Shown here one piece after another: positions 1-12,511 of a stretch of DNA of 64,000 nucleotides; the first letter of the stretch is position 1; every line of letters begins with the position of its first letter. The DNA comes from Octopus vulgaris. Lineage: Eukaryota. The notes below the pieces were generated by a model that saw nothing but the letters and a program-made list of their open reading frames with translations, did not search any database and had not been told where the DNA came from. A program made the position numbers and the translations under genes. The stretch is from positions 2,604,001 to 2,668,000 of the forward strand of contig OX597822.1 in the NCBI GenBank assembly GCA_951406725.2. The letters run 5' to 3'.

Positions 1-759
1 CATATTCTTAGAGACACATGGATAAATACACACATGCATGTGCGAACACACACAAAGAGTGAAACACACACTCACACTCACAAATACACACACACAAACT
101 ACCCGCACATGTATTTGTGTGTGTATGTGCGTGGGTCTGCATGTGGATGCCTGCTAGCATGTTTTGTGTTTGTGTGTGTATTTCTGTGTAGATTACGATG
201 ACGTTCTTGGAAATTTTGAACGCCACAGACTGGAAAAAAAATTTACTTATCTCTTTTATACATTAGGAGACAGAGCAGACAGATTTACTATTTAAACAGA
301 AACTTCCTTCATAGAAGCATCCACATAATGTCTTACAGTAAAAGTTTCTTATAATCTCGAAAGCAACTCGTATCTATTGATGTTTATATTTATCAAAAAT
401 CTACTAAAACCGCCCTCGTTTGCTATATCCCCTTTACAGCGGCTAAATACATGCACCAGCGTACGTACGTATATGTATATACATATACGTATACATAGAT
501 GCATATACATACATACATATATACATATGTACACACACTCACACATACGTGCACATATAGTATATATACATGCATATATACATATTCACACATGTATGCA
601 TATATGCATACACGTATATCTATACATATATATGCTCAAAAATACATACATACACACACACAAGTATATGTATGTTTATATATATATATATGTGTTTGTA
701 TAAACAGTGTGGAACTACATATATGCATACATAAGCGTATATATTATGTACGTACAGAA

Positions 760-808
<49 letters not shown>

Positions 809-1304
809 CATACATACATACATACATACATACTTACATATACACATATGTATATATATATGCATGCATATATACATATATATATATATGCATACATATA
901 AGAATATATATATGTATATATATATACATACGTACATATACATGTATGTATGTGTGTGCTCGTTCGGGGGCACACGTGTGTGTTGCGTGTGTGCGCGGGC
1001 ATATACGAATTTCCAGTGCAGAAGCCATCTCTGATTTACATTTGTTTGCTTCTCTGTCTGTGTAAGTTTCTCTTTCTCTATTCTTTTTGTCACCCTCTCA
1101 TTTTTTCTATTCTTTCTCTCCCTTCCTCCTCCTCTCTCTCTGCTTTATCTCATTCTTTCTCTCTCGTTTCATTCTCTATGAGCATTTGTATAGAGGGAAG
1201 CGAAAGAATTCTCTTCATTGATGTAGAGATCTGTGCATAAAATTTGTGTAAGTAAGCATCTGAAGACATATATATATATATATATATACGTATATATACA
1301 TATA

Positions 1305-1715
1305 TACTCTTTACTCTTTTACTCTTTTACTTGTTTCAGTCATTTGACTGCGGCCATGCTGGAGCACCGCCTATTAGTCGAGCAGATCGACCCTGGGACT
1401 TATTCTTTGTAAGCCCAGTACTTATTCTATCAGTCTTTTTTGCCGGACCGCTAAGTGACGGGGACATAAACACACCAGCATCGGTTGTCAAGCAATGCTA
1501 GGGGACAAACACAGACACACAAACATATACACACATACATATATATATATATACATATATACGACAGGCTTCTTTCAGTTTCCGTCTACCAAATCCACTC
1601 ACAATGCATTGGTCGGCCCGGGGCTATAGCAGAAGACACTTGCCCAAGATGCCACGCAGTGGGACTGAACCCGGAACCATGTGGTTGGTAAGCAAGCTAC
1701 TTACCACAAGCCACT

Positions 1716-1718
<3 letters not shown>
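1305..1718 (-). mobile_element. tRNA-derived SINE, family A (CORE-like body)
   Basis: Reverse strand has an A-box-like head, B-box GGTTCAGTCCC, CORE-like CTTGGGCAAGTGTCTT, an internal (TA)/(TG) tract and an (AAAGAGTA)n tail. At least 8 similar copies occur in the window. Confidence 0.85.
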
Positions 1719-1770
<52 letters not shown>

Positions 1771-1964
1771 GTTGTATGCTGTCAACTCAATGTGACAGTC
1801 CCCTAAAGGAACCACACCACCGCCACCTAGCCCTAGGAAACATCGACGACCCCCCGTCGGCCTCGACACATTCTCTGCCTCCTTATATTTGCAAAGGGGA
1901 GGCAATCACCCCAGCCAGCTGGGACTAAGCACCTGAAGAAATTCAGTGTTTCTAATATATATAT

Positions 1965-2130
1965 ACTTTATTTAAAAGCTGCAGAAATTCAACAAAAACG
2001 GGAACGTGAAACTCCGAGTAACAGCTTTTGTTGAATTTCTGCTGCTTTTAAATAAAGCATATCACTCTACCTCTGGTATTTGAGTACTCTTTTTTTCCAC
2101 CTTGTTTCACATTTATGTGCTTACTCCGGT
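1965..2130. mobile_element. Penelope-like pseudo-LTR fragment with inverted 5' duplication
   Basis: CTTTATTTAAAAGCTGCAGAAATTCAACAAAA is inverted around a short spacer containing GAAACTCCGAGTA (3' half of a hammerhead-like motif), followed by an unpaired tail. The same sequence recurs at ~31305-31355. Confidence 0.55.
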
Positions 2131-2147
2131 ATATATATATATATATA

Positions 2148-2450
2148 TCTCTTATTATAAAAGGCAGATTTTATCTGCCTCCCTTTGGGAGTTATACAAA
2201 TCTACAATATAGGATTTCTTCAATTACAATTTACCTAGCAATTTTAAGAGTACAATGCATCGCGTCATGCCAGGTCCAGTTTTTAAAATTTAAACTCCAA
2301 TTAAGCAAAATTTACAGAAAACTCACATTCTGGTGTGTGTGTGTCAAATGCTTTTCTTAGTCTGGTTTACACCACACGCAAACGCACACACACAGTGGGC
2401 AACGAATAAAGTGAAACTAGATGTAATATTTGTTTCTCTCTATCACGCTG
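2148..2450 (+). mobile_element. possible Helitron-like 5' fragment
   Basis: Begins A|TCTCTTATTATAAAAGG after (TA)n, resembling Helitron 5' ends. No convincing 3' hairpin plus CTAG was found. Confidence 0.35.
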
Positions 2451-2940
2451 ATAGATACATGAGTAAAATGTATGGGAAGCTAACACATAAGTGTGAGTGA
2501 AAATGTTCTTGGAAGAGAGTAAATAGCCAGAGATAGTGATTTGAGGAACACTCATACATACATACATACATACATACATACACACACACATACACACATA
2601 CATACATACACACACACATACATACACACATACATACATACATACATATACATACATACATACACACACACACACATACACACACACACAGTATTGAAGC
2701 TTGAGAACAATCAGATACATTTGCAACACATCTGTTGAAAATATTATTGTTCACACACATACATATACATATATACATACAGACAGACAGACAGATAGAC
2801 ACACACACACATGATCCAGCATGGCCACAACCTCAAGGCTGAAACATATAAAAGAATAACAGAATATAAATGTGTGCATGTGTGTGAGAGAGAGAGTGTG
2901 TGTGTATATGTATGTATGTATGTATGTATGTATATATATA

Positions 2941-3375
2941 TAATAATGCGGTTTTTTCAACAGCTTCAACTAAAAGTCAGAGGGGAATGGGATAAACTAC
3001 TTATATTAACTTGCTATAAAAGCAGGTAGTAATTTTATCTTGTCCTTATTCATAGTGCAAGTTTTGAAGAGTGCATTTCGATTTTAACAGCTATTTTTTT
3101 CAAAGCTATATTGGAACAGCCTAGAAGACGAGCCTCATCCTGAAAGATCTGTAGAACTCGACAAGGACATCCTGAAAACCCTGGTGGAACAAAATCTCAT
3201 CGTAACTGTTGAGGAACTAGCAGAGAAGCTTGGATTTGGTCATTCAACCATTCATTGAGACCTGTGTGCTATCGGAAAAGTCAGCAAATTGGGTCAATGG
3301 GTTCCTCACGAACTTTCCGAGTCTAATTGCATGCAGAGAGTGAATGTATGCTTTTCTTTGCTGTCACATCTCACC
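2941..3375 (+). pseudogene. mariner transposase 5' remnant
   Basis: The frame from 3121 reads LEDEPHPERSVELDKDILKTLVEQN...TVEELAEKLGFGHSTIH*...KVSKLGQWVPHELSE, which includes the mariner WVPHEL motif and an in-frame stop. Confidence 0.9.
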
Positions 3376-3393
3376 ACTACTGCGCTATGTATA

Positions 3394-4029
3394 TCTATAT
3401 ATATAAAACTGTAGTTGTGTGAGTGTCTGTCCCATTCGATTTAGATTCCTAACTACTCCCACATTTTGCGGTGCAGTTTAACCAAATTCGGGTATCTTAT
3501 AGTCGTGATTCATATCGAGCCCGTCTGAGTATTAGCGCGCGTCTACGATGAGTCTACGATTTTAAAAATAATTTAACATCATTTTTTATTCCATTTTAAT
3601 GCATAATTTTTCGTGTGTCGATGGCGGCGGAGTTGGCGTCCACGCTCACACCTGCACCTGTGGGGAAGGGAGTGTAAGGAAATCAACGTCGTAATGCGTT
3701 GTCAAGGAGACCAGCGTTCTTTTAGAACAACGACTTCATGGCTTGAAGACACCAAAACAGAAATGGCTAAGAAAGCGTCTACATGAGTCTACGATTTAAA
3801 AAAAATTTACCATCGTTTTTTTTCCATTTTAATGCATTTTTTCGCTATTATATAAGGGAAGTAACTCTCTAAAAATGTCTACGATGAGTCAACGATTTTT
3901 CAAAAAATTTACCATCATATTTTTTCCATTTTTAATGCATCTTTTGCTATTTTTTGGCTATAACTCTCTAAAAATGCTTATATAGTTATTTCCCTTACAA
4001 ACCCGAGCAACGCCGGGCGATACTGCTAG
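3394..4029 (+). mobile_element. non-autonomous Helitron
   Basis: 5' A|TC terminus, 3' CTAG|T terminus, GC-rich hairpin CCCGAGCAACGCCGGG ~10 nt before the end, and no TSD. Confidence 0.85.
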
Positions 4030-4057
4030 TATATATATATAAACGCAAACATATATA

Positions 4058-4448
4058 GGTGCAGGAGTGGCTGTGTGGTAAGTAGCTTGCTAACCAACCA
4101 CATGGTTCCGGGTTCAGTCCACTGCGTGGCATCTTGGGCAAGTGTCTTCTGCTATAGCCCCGGGCCGACCAAAGCCTTGTGAGTGGATTTGGTAGACGGA
4201 AACTGAAAGAAGCCTGTCGTATATATGTATATATATATTTATGTGTGTGTTTGTCCCCCTAGCATTTCTTGACAACCGATGCTGGTGTGTTTACGTCCCC
4301 GTCACTTAGCGGTTCGGCAAAAGAGACCGATAGAATAAGTACTGGGCTTACAAAGAATAAGTCCCGGGGTCGATTTTCTCAACTAAAAGGCGGTGCTCCA
4401 GCATGGCCGCAGTCAAATGACTGAAACAAGTAAGAGAGTAAGAGAGAG

Positions 4449-4450
<2 letters not shown>
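4058..4450 (+). mobile_element. SINE family A, full length
   Basis: GGTGCAGGAGTGGCTGTGTGGTAAGTAGC head, B-box GGTTCAGTCC and GAAACAAGTAAGAGAGTA tail. Confidence 0.85.
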
Positions 4451-4510
<60 letters not shown>

Positions 4511-4685
4511 TATACGTATATTTTCAATTAAATTCGTTTATTATTGAGCAAGTAGTCCATCTTTTAGTTGAGATATGAAACATTAGAAGATATGGGAAAT
4601 AAAGTGATTTTACAGTGAAGCAGTTGTAATAATCTCAATATTGCAATTTCATGGGAAATCAATTAGCTAACTACGGTTATGCTAT

Positions 4686-4718
4686 TACAACAACAACAGC
4701 AACAACAACAACACCAAC

Positions 4719-4753
<35 letters not shown>

Positions 4754-4779
4754 TAATAATAATAATAATAATAATGATG

Positions 4780-4813
<34 letters not shown>

Positions 4814-4887
4814 TAATAATAATAATAATAATAATAATGATAATAATAATAATAATACTAATCATGATAATAATAATAATAATAATA

Positions 4888-4928
<41 letters not shown>

Positions 4929-4960
4929 AATAATAATAATAATAACAGTGATGATGATGG
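4686..4960. repeat. compound (CAA)/(TAA)/(TGA) microsatellite
   Basis: Direct reading. Confidence 0.95.
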
Positions 4961-4965
4961 TGATT

Positions 4966-5358
4966 CGAATTTAGGCACAAGGCCAGCAATTTCTGGAGAC
5001 GGGTGTGTGGATGATATCGACCTCTGTTTTGAACGCTACAGATATTTATATAATCAAACCCGAAGGAATGAAAGGTAAAGTCGACCTCGGCGGAATTTGA
5101 GCTGAGAACGTAAAGACGGACAAAATACCTATTTTTTACTACCTACAAGGGGCTAAACACGGAGAGGACAAACAAGTATAGACAAATGGATTAAGTTAAT
5201 TATATCGACTGCAGTGCGTAACTGGTACTTATTTTATCAACCCCGAAAGGATGAAAGGCAAAGTCAACCTCGGCGTAATTTGAACTCAGAACGTTACGGT
5301 AGACGAAATACGGCTACGCATTTCGCCCGGCGTGCTAACGTTTCTGCCAGCTCGCCGC
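4966..5358 (-). mobile_element. SINE family B (Meta-domain-like), two-unit array
   Basis: Head GCGGCGAGCTGGCAGAAACG, B-box GAGTTCAAAT and a Meta-domain-like GACTTTGCCTTTCATCCTTTCGGGG body. Two body units follow one head. Confidence 0.8.
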
Positions 5359-5764
5359 TTTAACAACAACACCACCAACAACAATTAATATTTTTGATAA
5401 GTATTGTCAAATATACTTAATAATAACCTGCTTGCTCGTTCGCCTGTTACGTCTTAGTTAGTTAGAGAGGTGAAGTGAATGAGAGATGGAGTGAGTGAGA
5501 GGTGGAGTAAAAGTGAGAGGAGGAGATAGAGAGCTGTGAAGAAAGAAGAGAGGAAGGCATAGAGAAAAGTGACTAATATTAAAACGGGCGAAATGTGGCC
5601 AGCTGAAGGAAGGAGTGAAGAACGAGAGAAAAAGGAGAGAGAATTGTTAGACATTCGATGGGGTTGAGGAAGGAATACTTACCTATTACGTGGTTAAAAA
5701 GTTAGCTGTAGCGAAAGGTGAAGAGGGTGAGATATGTTTAGGAAACAATATTTAGCAAGGGGAA

Positions 5765-6675
5765 GGCGGCGAGCTGGCAGAAACGTTAGCACACCGGGCG
5801 AAATGCGTAGCCGTATTTCGTCTGCCGCTACGTTCTGGGTTCAAATTCCGCAGAGGTCGACTTTGCCTTTCATCCTTTCGGGGTCGATTAAATAAGTACC
5901 AGTTACGCACTGGAGTCGATATAATAGACTTAATCCGTTTGTCTGTCCTTGTTTGTCCCCTCTGTGTTTAGCTCCTTGTGGGCAGTAAAGAAATAGGTAT
6001 TTCGTCTGCCGCTACGTTCTGCGTTCAAATTCCGCCGAGGTCGACTTTACCTTTCATCCGTTCGGGGTCGATTAAATAAGTACCTATTTCTATATTGCTC
6101 ACAAGGGACAACACAGAGGGGGCAAACCAGGACAGACAAACGGATTAAGTCGATTATATTGACCCTAGTGAGTAACTAGTACTTAATTTATCGACCCTGA
6201 AAGGATGAAAGGCAAAGTCGACCTCGGCGGTATTTGAACTCAGAACGTAACGGCAGCCGAAATACCACTAAGCATTTCGCCTGTCCTCTCTATGTTTAAC
6301 TCTATGTGGGTAGTAAAGAAATAGGTATTTCGTCTGCCGTTATGTTCTGAGTTCAAATTCCACCGAGGTCGACTTTACCTTTCATCCTTTCGGGGTCGAT
6401 AATTAAGCAGCACTTACGCACTGGAGTCGATATAATCGACTTAATCCGTTTGTCTGTCCTTGCTTGCTCCCTCTATGTTTAGCCCCTTGTGGGCAATAAA
6501 GAAATAGGTATTTCGTCTGTGTTTACGTTCTGAGTTCAAATTCCGCCGAGGTCGAATTTGTCTTTCATACTTTTGGGGTCGATAAATTAAGTACCAGTTG
6601 CGTACTGGGGTCGATCTCGTCGACTGTCCTCCTCTCCAAAAGTTTCGCGCGTTGTGCCTAGAGTAGAAAAGAATA
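5765..6675 (+). mobile_element. SINE family B multi-unit array with internal inverted unit and 16-bp TSD
   Basis: One head followed by ~185-bp units, with a reverse-oriented unit at ~6083-6281. Flanked by the direct repeat AATATTTAGCAAGGGG (5747-5762 and 6672-6687). Confidence 0.85.
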
Positions 6676-6990
6676 TTTAGCAAGGGGTGACATTCTGGTG
6701 GCGATGTTAAAGAAAGGTTGATAAAGAGAGATGGAGTGTGTGTGGTGTTGGTGGTGTTGGTGGAGGTGGCGACGAATTGTATTTGTTTTTATTAGACCAG
6801 CGAGAAAATATGCTAAAAAGAGGCAAAAGACAACACCGATGGAGACGTGAAGAAATTAATGTAGACGAACGACAAGAATATTCAAAGGAAGAAACTATGA
6901 AGGCTTCAAAAATGAAAATCCTCCATTCTTTCTAAAATAGGTCCACTTAATTTCTTCCGTTCCAGGGAATATTATCAATAATAATAACAA

Positions 6991-7055
<65 letters not shown>

Positions 7056-7087
7056 TAATAATAACAATAATAATAATAATAATAATA

Positions 7088-7637
7088 AATGCCCTGATGC
7101 AGTACCAGACAGTGGCTCTCTATTCTGATCTTAACTGATTGGAAGTGTTATCATGTACAAATTTTTTGTCTTAGTATAAAAGATGGGCTACAGCAAATAT
7201 TCTGCTCAATACCACAGATTTGCTTGTCAGTCGCTTGACCGTAGCCAGTTGAGCATGTCCCTTAGTGGCTGACGATATGTGCATCTCTGATCACAAGCAG
7301 AAGTAGTGGGGGTGCATCATAGCCATGTGTTGAAAGGAATTCTTTGGGGTTTGGATAATTCACCTTTGGCAACATGGGTGATTCGTTCAACATCCTTATA
7401 CAATCCTTATTAAGGGACATTTTAAGCGGGATGGGCTACTCGACCAGAAAAATTTCTAACTGGGCCCCACCTGCAAGGTCATGCGCTGTTAATCTTGATA
7501 TGAGATCACCATGTTGCGCACATATGGTTGTGATGCATGTGCCAGGTATACCCTTATCAGACGGGTAGTCGTGATGGGTATACTGGACTTCGTATATTTT
7601 ACCCCAGTGTCACTTTGATGGCATGCACTGCTCTCTC
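7088..7637 (+). mobile_element. (TAA)n-embedded non-coding retroposon, family D, copy 1
   Basis: ~550 bp, closely similar to 7795-8355 and 32815-33341, with (TAA)n on both sides. Confidence 0.8.
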
Positions 7638-7693
<56 letters not shown>

Positions 7694-7712
7694 TAATAAT
7701 AATGATAATAAT

Positions 7713-7794
<82 letters not shown>

Positions 7795-7797
<3 letters not shown>

Positions 7798-8355
7798 GTC
7801 CTGATGCAGTACCAGGCAGTGGCTCTCATGGCTTTTGATCTTAACTGATTGGAAGTGTTATCATGTACATTGTTTTGTCTTGGTATAAAAGATGGGCTAC
7901 AGCAAATATTCTGCTCAATACCACAGATTTGCTTGTCAGTTGTTTGACCTTAACCAGTTGAGCATGTCCCTTAGTGGCTGACGATATGTGCATCTCTGAT
8001 CACGAGCAGAAGTAGTGGGTGGGGGGGCATCATGGCCATGTGTTGAGAGGGATTATTTGGGGTTTGAATAGTTCACCTCTGGAAACATGGGTGGTTCTTT
8101 CAACATCCTTAAACAACCCTTATTCAGGGACCTTTTGAGCGGGATGGGCTACTCACATTGAAGAAAATTCTAACTGGGCCCCACCTGCAAGGTCATGTGC
8201 TGTTTATCTTGATATGAGATCACCATGTCGGGCACATATGGTTGTGATGCATGTGCCTAGAGTACCCTTATCAGACGGGTAGTCATGATGGGTATATTGG
8301 GCTCCGTATATTTTACCCCAGTGTCACTTTGATGGCATGAACTGCTCTCTCACTC
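7795..8355 (+). mobile_element. family D, copy 2
   Basis: Tandem with copy 1, separated by (TAA)n, with the same 5' start and 3' end. Confidence 0.8.
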
Positions 8356-8410
<55 letters not shown>

Positions 8411-9064
8411 TTACATTTACTTCGGGTTGAGGAACTGGATACATTTCTCTTGATGCAGGTAAGAGGTAATTAAAAAAAGGAGAGAGAGAATTTCGTTGCT
8501 ATTAGTAGTTGAATGTTCCAAGAAGTGTTTCTACGTGATACTGAAACCTTTAGCCAGCATATTAATCAAGGCTAGAGTCGGAGGGCAATGCTATGAGAGA
8601 TCCACTGAAAACCATTTGCATTTAGGCAACAACATAGTTCACGCTGCAGATGAAAAGCAACTTGAACGCAGCTTCGAAAATAAAATGAAGTGAGTTTGAT
8701 AGAGTAAAAAGGAAAGTAAGTACTGCGGCATATTGGAAGAGTAGCATAGGTACGCTAGACGAATGATATAAATATGAGAGAATTTATCCAAATGAAAATT
8801 GTAAGATGCTTAAATATCAGACAGCTCGACACAAATGCCAAACAAGAAAAATAAGTTGAAGAGATATTATAGACTGAAAACAACGTTAGATGCAAACAAA
8901 TACAATGATAAGCATGAATATTTAAGCGGTCCTTGTAATAAATTAGGCAAATAATGAGCGATAAATGAACTGGGAAGTTGAAATAGAAGAAAACATTAAA
9001 TATAATGTAGAAGACACCACCTAAAATCTGATATGGAAGGAGTATGTTTGCTTTGAATACAGGA

Positions 9065-9094
9065 ATGATGAAGATGATGATGATAATGATGATG

Positions 9095-9144
<50 letters not shown>

Positions 9145-9149
9145 GGTGG

Positions 9150-9207
<58 letters not shown>

Positions 9208-9266
9208 GGTGGTGATGATGATGATAATGATGATGATGATGATGGTGATGGTGGTGATGATGGTGG

Positions 9267-9298
<32 letters not shown>

Positions 9299-9468
9299 AT
9301 GATGATGATGATGATGATGATGATGGTGGTGATGATGATGATGATGATGATGATGATGGTGATGGTGATGATGATGATGGTGATGATGGTGATGATGATG
9401 ATGATATGGTGATGATGATGATGATGGTGATGATAATGATGATGCTGCTGCTGATGATGATGATGGTA

Positions 9469-9512
<44 letters not shown>

Positions 9513-9618
9513 AGTGATGGTGATGATGATGATGATGATGATGACGTTGATGACGATGATGATGGTGATAGTGATGATGATGATGATGACGATGATGATA
9601 GTGATAATGATGATGATG

Positions 9619-9650
<32 letters not shown>

Positions 9651-9994
9651 GGTGATGATGGTGATGATGATGATGATATGGTGATGATGATGATGATGGT
9701 GATGATGATAATGATAATGATGATGATGGTGATGATAATGATGATGATGATGATGGTGGTGACGATGATGATGATGATGGTGATAGTGATGATGATGATG
9801 ATGGTGACGATGATGGTGGTGACGATGATGATGATGATTATGATGATGATGATGATGATGATGATAGTGACGATGATGAAGATGATGATGGTGATGGTGA
9901 TGATGATGGTGATGATGATGGTGACGATGATGGTGGTGACGATGATGATGATGGTAATGATGATGGTGAGGATGATGATGATGAAGATGATGAC

Positions 9995-10057
<63 letters not shown>
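9065..10057. repeat. ~1-kb imperfect (ATG)n microsatellite
   Basis: Direct reading. It generates the poly-His/Ile/Ser/Met ORFs. Confidence 0.97.
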
Positions 10058-10060
<3 letters not shown>

Positions 10061-10216
10061 TATTTAATTGGCAGCAAGGACCTAAATTATTCACGCTACA
10101 ACAACGACATACAAAGAGAGAAATGGGATTTATCTGGAATCAAAATAAGTGAGCAGATATAGAGTATACAACAATAAAATATTTCAACTATTAAGAGTCG
10201 TTCAATATTTTTCGAT

Positions 10217-10423
10217 GGCGCTGAGCTGGCAGAATCGTTAGCAGGACGGACAAAATGCTTAGTAACATTTCGTCCATCTTTACGTTCTGAGTTCAAATAC
10301 CGCTGAAGTCGACTTTGCCTTTCATCATTCGGGATCGATTAAATAAGTACCAGTTGGGCTCTGAGGTCGATGTCATCGACTTAACGCGACCCAATTTTAC
10401 TGGCCTTGTGCTAAACTTTGGAA
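10217..10423 (+). mobile_element. SINE family B monomer with the alternative (non-Tx1) tail
   Basis: Head, B-box and Meta-like domain, with tail ...AATTTTACTGGCCTTGTGCTAAACTTTG. Confidence 0.75.
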
Positions 10424-11064
10424 GCGAAATTTGCGGCAAATCCTCGTATAAAAGTGAGAATTACTTGGCTACATCCAAGACATCGAAACAGTCCTTTTCC
10501 ACGTCTTTCCTTCAAGTTAGAAAACCATATTCATGTTAGTCCAGTCAATTTCGCCAGTCTTGCTACACACACCTTTCATTCAACACACTAGAAGGCAACA
10601 TCTGTCTGTCTGCCTTCATCTTGCATTTTTCACGAAGTTGATGAAAGCTTGTGTGCAACCCTGTGGAATTAAAATCCAAACCTGTCAAAGATCGATATAG
10701 TACCTTTCACAAAGAAGCGAACGGTGAAATATTCTGAAAATAGAGATAGACGTAATGCTGGTTGTCTTCCTAGAAAAATGCTGCATAACGACACAGCGAA
10801 ACGAATTTGTTCTCGAGACGTACGCTTACGGCATCCCTAAGGCAAGGGTTTTGAGTGGTTGATATTTCAGGATGGTTCTCAGTCTACAAATGGCCCAGGA
10901 TGATACGTACATCTCACCCTAATCCCACAATCCGATCATGTTTCGATGATCAAATTTCCCAAGTTTCAGGCCAAGGCTGAGTCAATAACATGTTTGCTTT
11001 TGTTAGGTTTTCATTCATTGTATTTCATTATCTTCATTCTTTGTAACTGCTGCTGCTGCTGCTG

Positions 11065-11109
<45 letters not shown>

Positions 11110-11395
11110 TAACGTCATTAATGTGTTATTTCCTTATATATTTGGTTCCTCGATTCTCCTTAATTGTCTTTTTTCTATTCAAGATCTATCTTTGATTCAT
11201 ATATTGATACATACATCCATACATGTATATGTATATATGCATGCATGTATATACACATACATAGATATATATACATGTGTATGTATATACATATACATAT
11301 ATACATGCATACACACTCACAGATTTATATATGTATATATCTTTATATATATATATATATATATCTTTATATATATATATATATATACATATATA

Positions 11396-12005
11396 GGTGA
11401 ATTGAAGAAATGGAGCTGAACGCAGATTGAACAGAAATCGTTTTATTTCATTCTACACGTGTTTCGAAAGGCACAAATTACCAAGATCCGATGGAATAAT
11501 GGGACCATATTGTGTCTTTCTCTTCAGGAAGAAAATAGAAATCCGTTGGAAAAACAAAAACAGAACAGAGGCGGAGCAAAACAAATCGAACTATGCTCCT
11601 AAGAGCCCATGGCGAAGAGTTTCGCCATGGGCTCTTAGGAGCATAGTTCGATTTGTTTTTGCTCCGCCTCTGTTCTGTTTTTGTTTTTCCAACGGATTTC
11701 CTATTTTCTTCCTGAAGAGAAAGACACAATATGGTCCCATTATTCCATCGGATCTTGGTAATTTGTGCCTTTCGAAACACGTGTAGAATGAAATAAAACG
11801 ATTTCTGTTCAATCTGCGTTCAGCTCCATTTCTTCAATTCACCAATAATGTTCTAATTTCAATTATCCGCACCAACGCACGGTTGCAACACCATATGGTT
11901 GTACCTCCAACCGTGCTGTTTTACTGCTGTGATTTTTGCTACTAAGGTATCGGTTAAACTTTTGATTAATCTACTACAAGATTATTCATCTTTCTATTTC
12001 ACATA

Positions 12006-12008
<3 letters not shown>
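11396..12008 (+). mobile_element. Penelope-like pseudo-LTR element: 448-bp palindrome plus unpaired tail
   Basis: Arms 11396-11616 and 11621-11843 are reverse complements apart from two 1-bp indels, with a 4-nt loop GAGT. Each arm contains a hammerhead motif, and the element is flanked by (TA)n. Confidence 0.7.
11702..11795 (+). ncRNA. type I hammerhead ribozyme motif with extended stem II
   Basis: TATTTTCTTC-CTGAAGA(11712)-GAAAGACACAA...TTGTGCCTTTC-GAAA(11774)-CACGTG-TA-GAATGAAATA. Stems I and II pair and stem III is the palindrome ACACGTGT. A mirror copy lies on the - strand at ~11445-11535. Confidence 0.65.
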
Positions 12009-12052
<44 letters not shown>

Positions 12053-12511
12053 ACACGCATATAGTTTCAATGACGCATCAAACACCGTGAATGGCCCAAC
12101 CTTTTTACTTATTTATAACTGTCAGATCAATTCCGTCTGTGTCTTCTAGTCTCAGTACAAAGCTATATACCCAATAATATTGCAACACCATCGATTTATA
12201 CAGAATCAGTGAAGTGTTACACTAATACCATTTCTAGGCCGTTTAAATCAGGTAATAATTGATAATTTGCCAATGGATTATAGAGTTGTCCAGTGGCGTC
12301 TGCTGAAATGGTTCTCCTGCTTACAATTGGTTGGCTAGTAAGTCTGTGTTCTCTTGTCCCGTTAGATGGCGTCCTTAATTAAATGCTTTGGTGTGGCGAT
12401 TAGACCTGTGGTTTCGATGTTTAAACTAAGTACAGCCTGGTGATGGAAGGTTTTGTCCAATTTATATGAGAATGAGAGTATTTAAGGATGCGTATGTCAA
12501 AGTGTGTGTGT

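Noticed and set aside
377-1093. Long ORFs rich in I/Y/H/T/C/V/M, here and throughout (e.g. 34491, 48326, 59413-60194)
   Set aside because: They are translations of (TA)/(CA)/(TACA)/(GATA)/(TAA) microsatellites, which lack stops in some frames.
5410-5760. Possible CR1/L2 3' remnant interrupted by the SINE B array
   Set aside because: Only a vague NSLSFFSRS resemblance, insufficient to call.
9021-10094. 357-aa poly-His/Ile/Ser ORF
   Set aside because: Entirely (CAT)n repeat with register slips. No non-repetitive coding content.
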